From Lama glama (lineage: Eukaryota): 64,000 bases of DNA. The stretch spans positions 20,958,001-21,022,000 of the forward strand of contig CM052818.1 of assembly GCA_028534125.1 (NCBI GenBank), given 5' to 3'. Below, piece after piece: positions 61,678 through 64,000 of the stretch (positions are counted from its first letter, which is position 1; every line of letters starts with the position of its first letter). The notes under the pieces are model-generated. The model was not told the origin of the DNA, made no database searches, and saw only the letters and a list, made by a program, of their open reading frames with translations. Position numbers and translations under genes: made by a program.

Positions 61678-64000
61678 AAGGACTCACTGGATCCAGGGAT
61701 CCTTGGATGGGTTTCCACAAGTAGGTGAATCCTCTGAAACTGTGTGCTAAACATGCATGAGTCTATGCATTTCTGGAAAGAACATCCAGAACTTTCATCC
61801 AGAACTCCTCAGAAAGTTAGGAACCACCTGTTAGATGTGAACTAAATGTTCTCCCTGTGCTCAGCTGGGGCCAATAAGAATCTTGATTCCAGAGTCCCTT
61901 CTGGGCCTATACATAGAGAAAATATGATGACCAAGGGTGTGCTCCACATTCCCCAGAGGTCCATGCCCAGTATCTGAGCGCTGAGTGATACTGGCTGGAC
62001 CTCCTTCCAACCACTACCCCTGGACCCTAACCCAGTCTGCATTCAGCTGGAGATAAACCATTTTCCAACTGCCTGGAACTAAGCCACACTCTGGGCCAAA
62101 GTTATAGAACAAATGTTGAGCCTGGCCAGGGAGGGTGGTGCTCTGGGCTGTGCTTGGCTTCTCTTCTACTAGGGTGTGAACACCTGGCTGCAGAACCATT
62201 ATCTCCCTCCCTTCTTAATACAACAGCTCAGTGCCTGGCACCTGGGAAATGCTCAGCTCATGTTCACGGAGTTGAAGTGAACAGCAGCTGGTAATTGTAG
62301 CACCGGGCTGGGAGGGGAAATCAGACCATATAAATAACCGTAGCACAAGGTAGAAAAAGGATCCCTTCCATGAGAGAATTGCAAGCTGGGGGCTCAGGGG
62401 CTGCAGCACAGAGGGTGACAGGTGATCTTCAGCTCGAAGGCTCGGTGGGTTGATGGGAAAACAGAGAAGCCTTTCTAGAGGAGGAGCCTTAGAGGTGGTG
62501 CCTCAGAGATGGTAGAAAGTAGACACAGGACTATGTGAATAACAGGCATATAAAGGAGGGAAGTGGCTTAGGCAGAACACAGGGCAGGGAGATGTGGGGC
62601 AAGAGCAAATATCTTGGTTAGGCTGGAGCCAAGACTGCCTGGAAAGGAGTGGCTAAATTTGGTTAGAAAGTTGATAGGTGCCCACTGCTCTGTGTCCTCC
62701 TCACCCAAGGCTGTTCCCCTTGGCCAGTCGGCTGATCTGCAGCAGGGCAAAGCTCCTATGGGTTTATTGACCAAGGCCCCAGGCCAAGGTGACTCAACAA
62801 GGCTCAGAGCTGTGCCAGGTTATGCTCTTTACAATTGAAACATCCTGGGTCTCAGTGCAAGGGGCTCCTGCCTGTTGGTTCCTGTAGCTCTCTGCAGGCA
62901 GGGAACAGATCTTTAATTACTGAGGCAGCTGACAGTCTTTCCCAGGGGATCACATTTCAGTTATAATGTAGTAATCTGTAAGCCCTGTTCATCTCTGGTA
63001 ATGAAATGAAGAGGGGAAATGTTAGTGGATTTGAGGTAGGATTCTTTTCTTTCCTTTTTTTCTCCCCTCCCATTCCACCCTCCACACCTCTCCTCTAAAT
63101 TTCAGCTAATCTGTTTCCAGCTGATCTCTGGCATTTTCAATGTTATTACTCATCACAGAGAGAATGTTCTGGGAAACAATTAACATTGAAATTGTTGCTT
63201 AGTAGCCTCCATGAGACTCAAATCTCCTTTACAAGCTAGTTCAACTATCTCACTTCATCCAGGCAGCCTTCCTGGATTGGCTTTCCCAAAAGTTTGATTC
63301 CTTTATGATGGCCTTGGTATTATATAGGTAGTTTCTTCCATTATTCCTGGTCCAAAAAGAACATTGTGACTATTTCAGGTTCTGGACCTGTTAAAGCATC
63401 AATTATATTGAATTATGAACATAAAGAAAAAATTAAGTACATAAAGTCCCTGTTTTAGGCTGAAGACAAGAGGGACAGGGATTCTGAAGTCCCTTCTCTA
63501 CCTCTGTGTAGAGACTGTCTCCTTCATCAGCCTGGGTGCTTCATTCCTCCGTCTGTCTCTTCAGAGCACTTCCCCAGGGCTTGCTGCAAGGAAGGGTGAG
63601 CTGTGCAGTGGATGGTGGATGGATGGTGTGCAGCCCAGGCCCCTCAGCCCACTTCCCCATAGGAAGCCAAGCATCACTGATTGGAGCAGAGGACAGAAGA
63701 AGGGTTTGTGGTCTGAAAGTCCTGGGTACCCTTTATTTGTGTGAGTAGGGACTGTTGCTCTCCTCAGCTCAGAGGGCACAGTCCCTAAGGTAAGCTGTGG
63801 GATGTGCTCCAGCTCGGCTTTTGGAGAATGGTGGGGTCAAGACAGCACTGGAAAGCGGTGATGCAGACAGTGCAGCCTGAGGTTCCCCGACTCCCACTGC
63901 GTGCACCTGTCCTAGGCCCTCCGTACTCATGCTGTCCTGGCTAGGAGGGGAAGAACATTCTGGATAAGGAGAAGAGCTAAGCCAAGGCTGAGAGGCAGCA

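Noticed and set aside
61253..61750. 165-aa plus-strand membrane-like ORF
   Set aside because: Antisense reading of the L1 ORF2 fragment
1..64000. CRISPR array, operon, rRNA or other prokaryote-type system
   Set aside because: No regularly spaced repeat-spacer array, no dense coding and no rRNA-like sequence seen; the window is typical repeat-rich mammalian DNA

Overview
This is mammalian, largely non-coding DNA (a long intron or intergenic region), most likely from a camelid, because it carries three tRNA-derived SINEs of the Vic-1 type plus young L1 3' ends. I recognise no cellular protein-coding gene. The only ORFs I can assign are transposon remnants (Tigger1 transposase, L1 ORF2). The window is a mosaic of interspersed repeats (a near full-length Tigger1 nested in a MER21-type LTR, MLT1/MLT2/LTR16 LTRs, MER33/MER53/MER45/MER5 DNA elements, L1, L2, MIR) separated by unique, motif-rich blocks. 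Repeat family names come from my memory of consensus sequences, not from a search, and old-repeat boundaries are approximate. I cannot support a claim of a new biological system. The best leads are: (i) a 35/37-bp inverted repeat plus a second hairpin at 13.9-14.35 kb, just upstream of a recursive-splice-like AG|GT site; (ii) a canonical-looking 42-nt + strand exon at 45713-45754, in frame with a candidate 189-nt exon; (iii) a series of + strand AG|GT sites; (iv) a 78-bp templated self-copy inside Tigger1; (v) a ~650-bp orphan insert splitting an old L1; (vi) a minus-plus-minus L1 inside one TSD; and (vii) MEIS-type and MAF motif signals.
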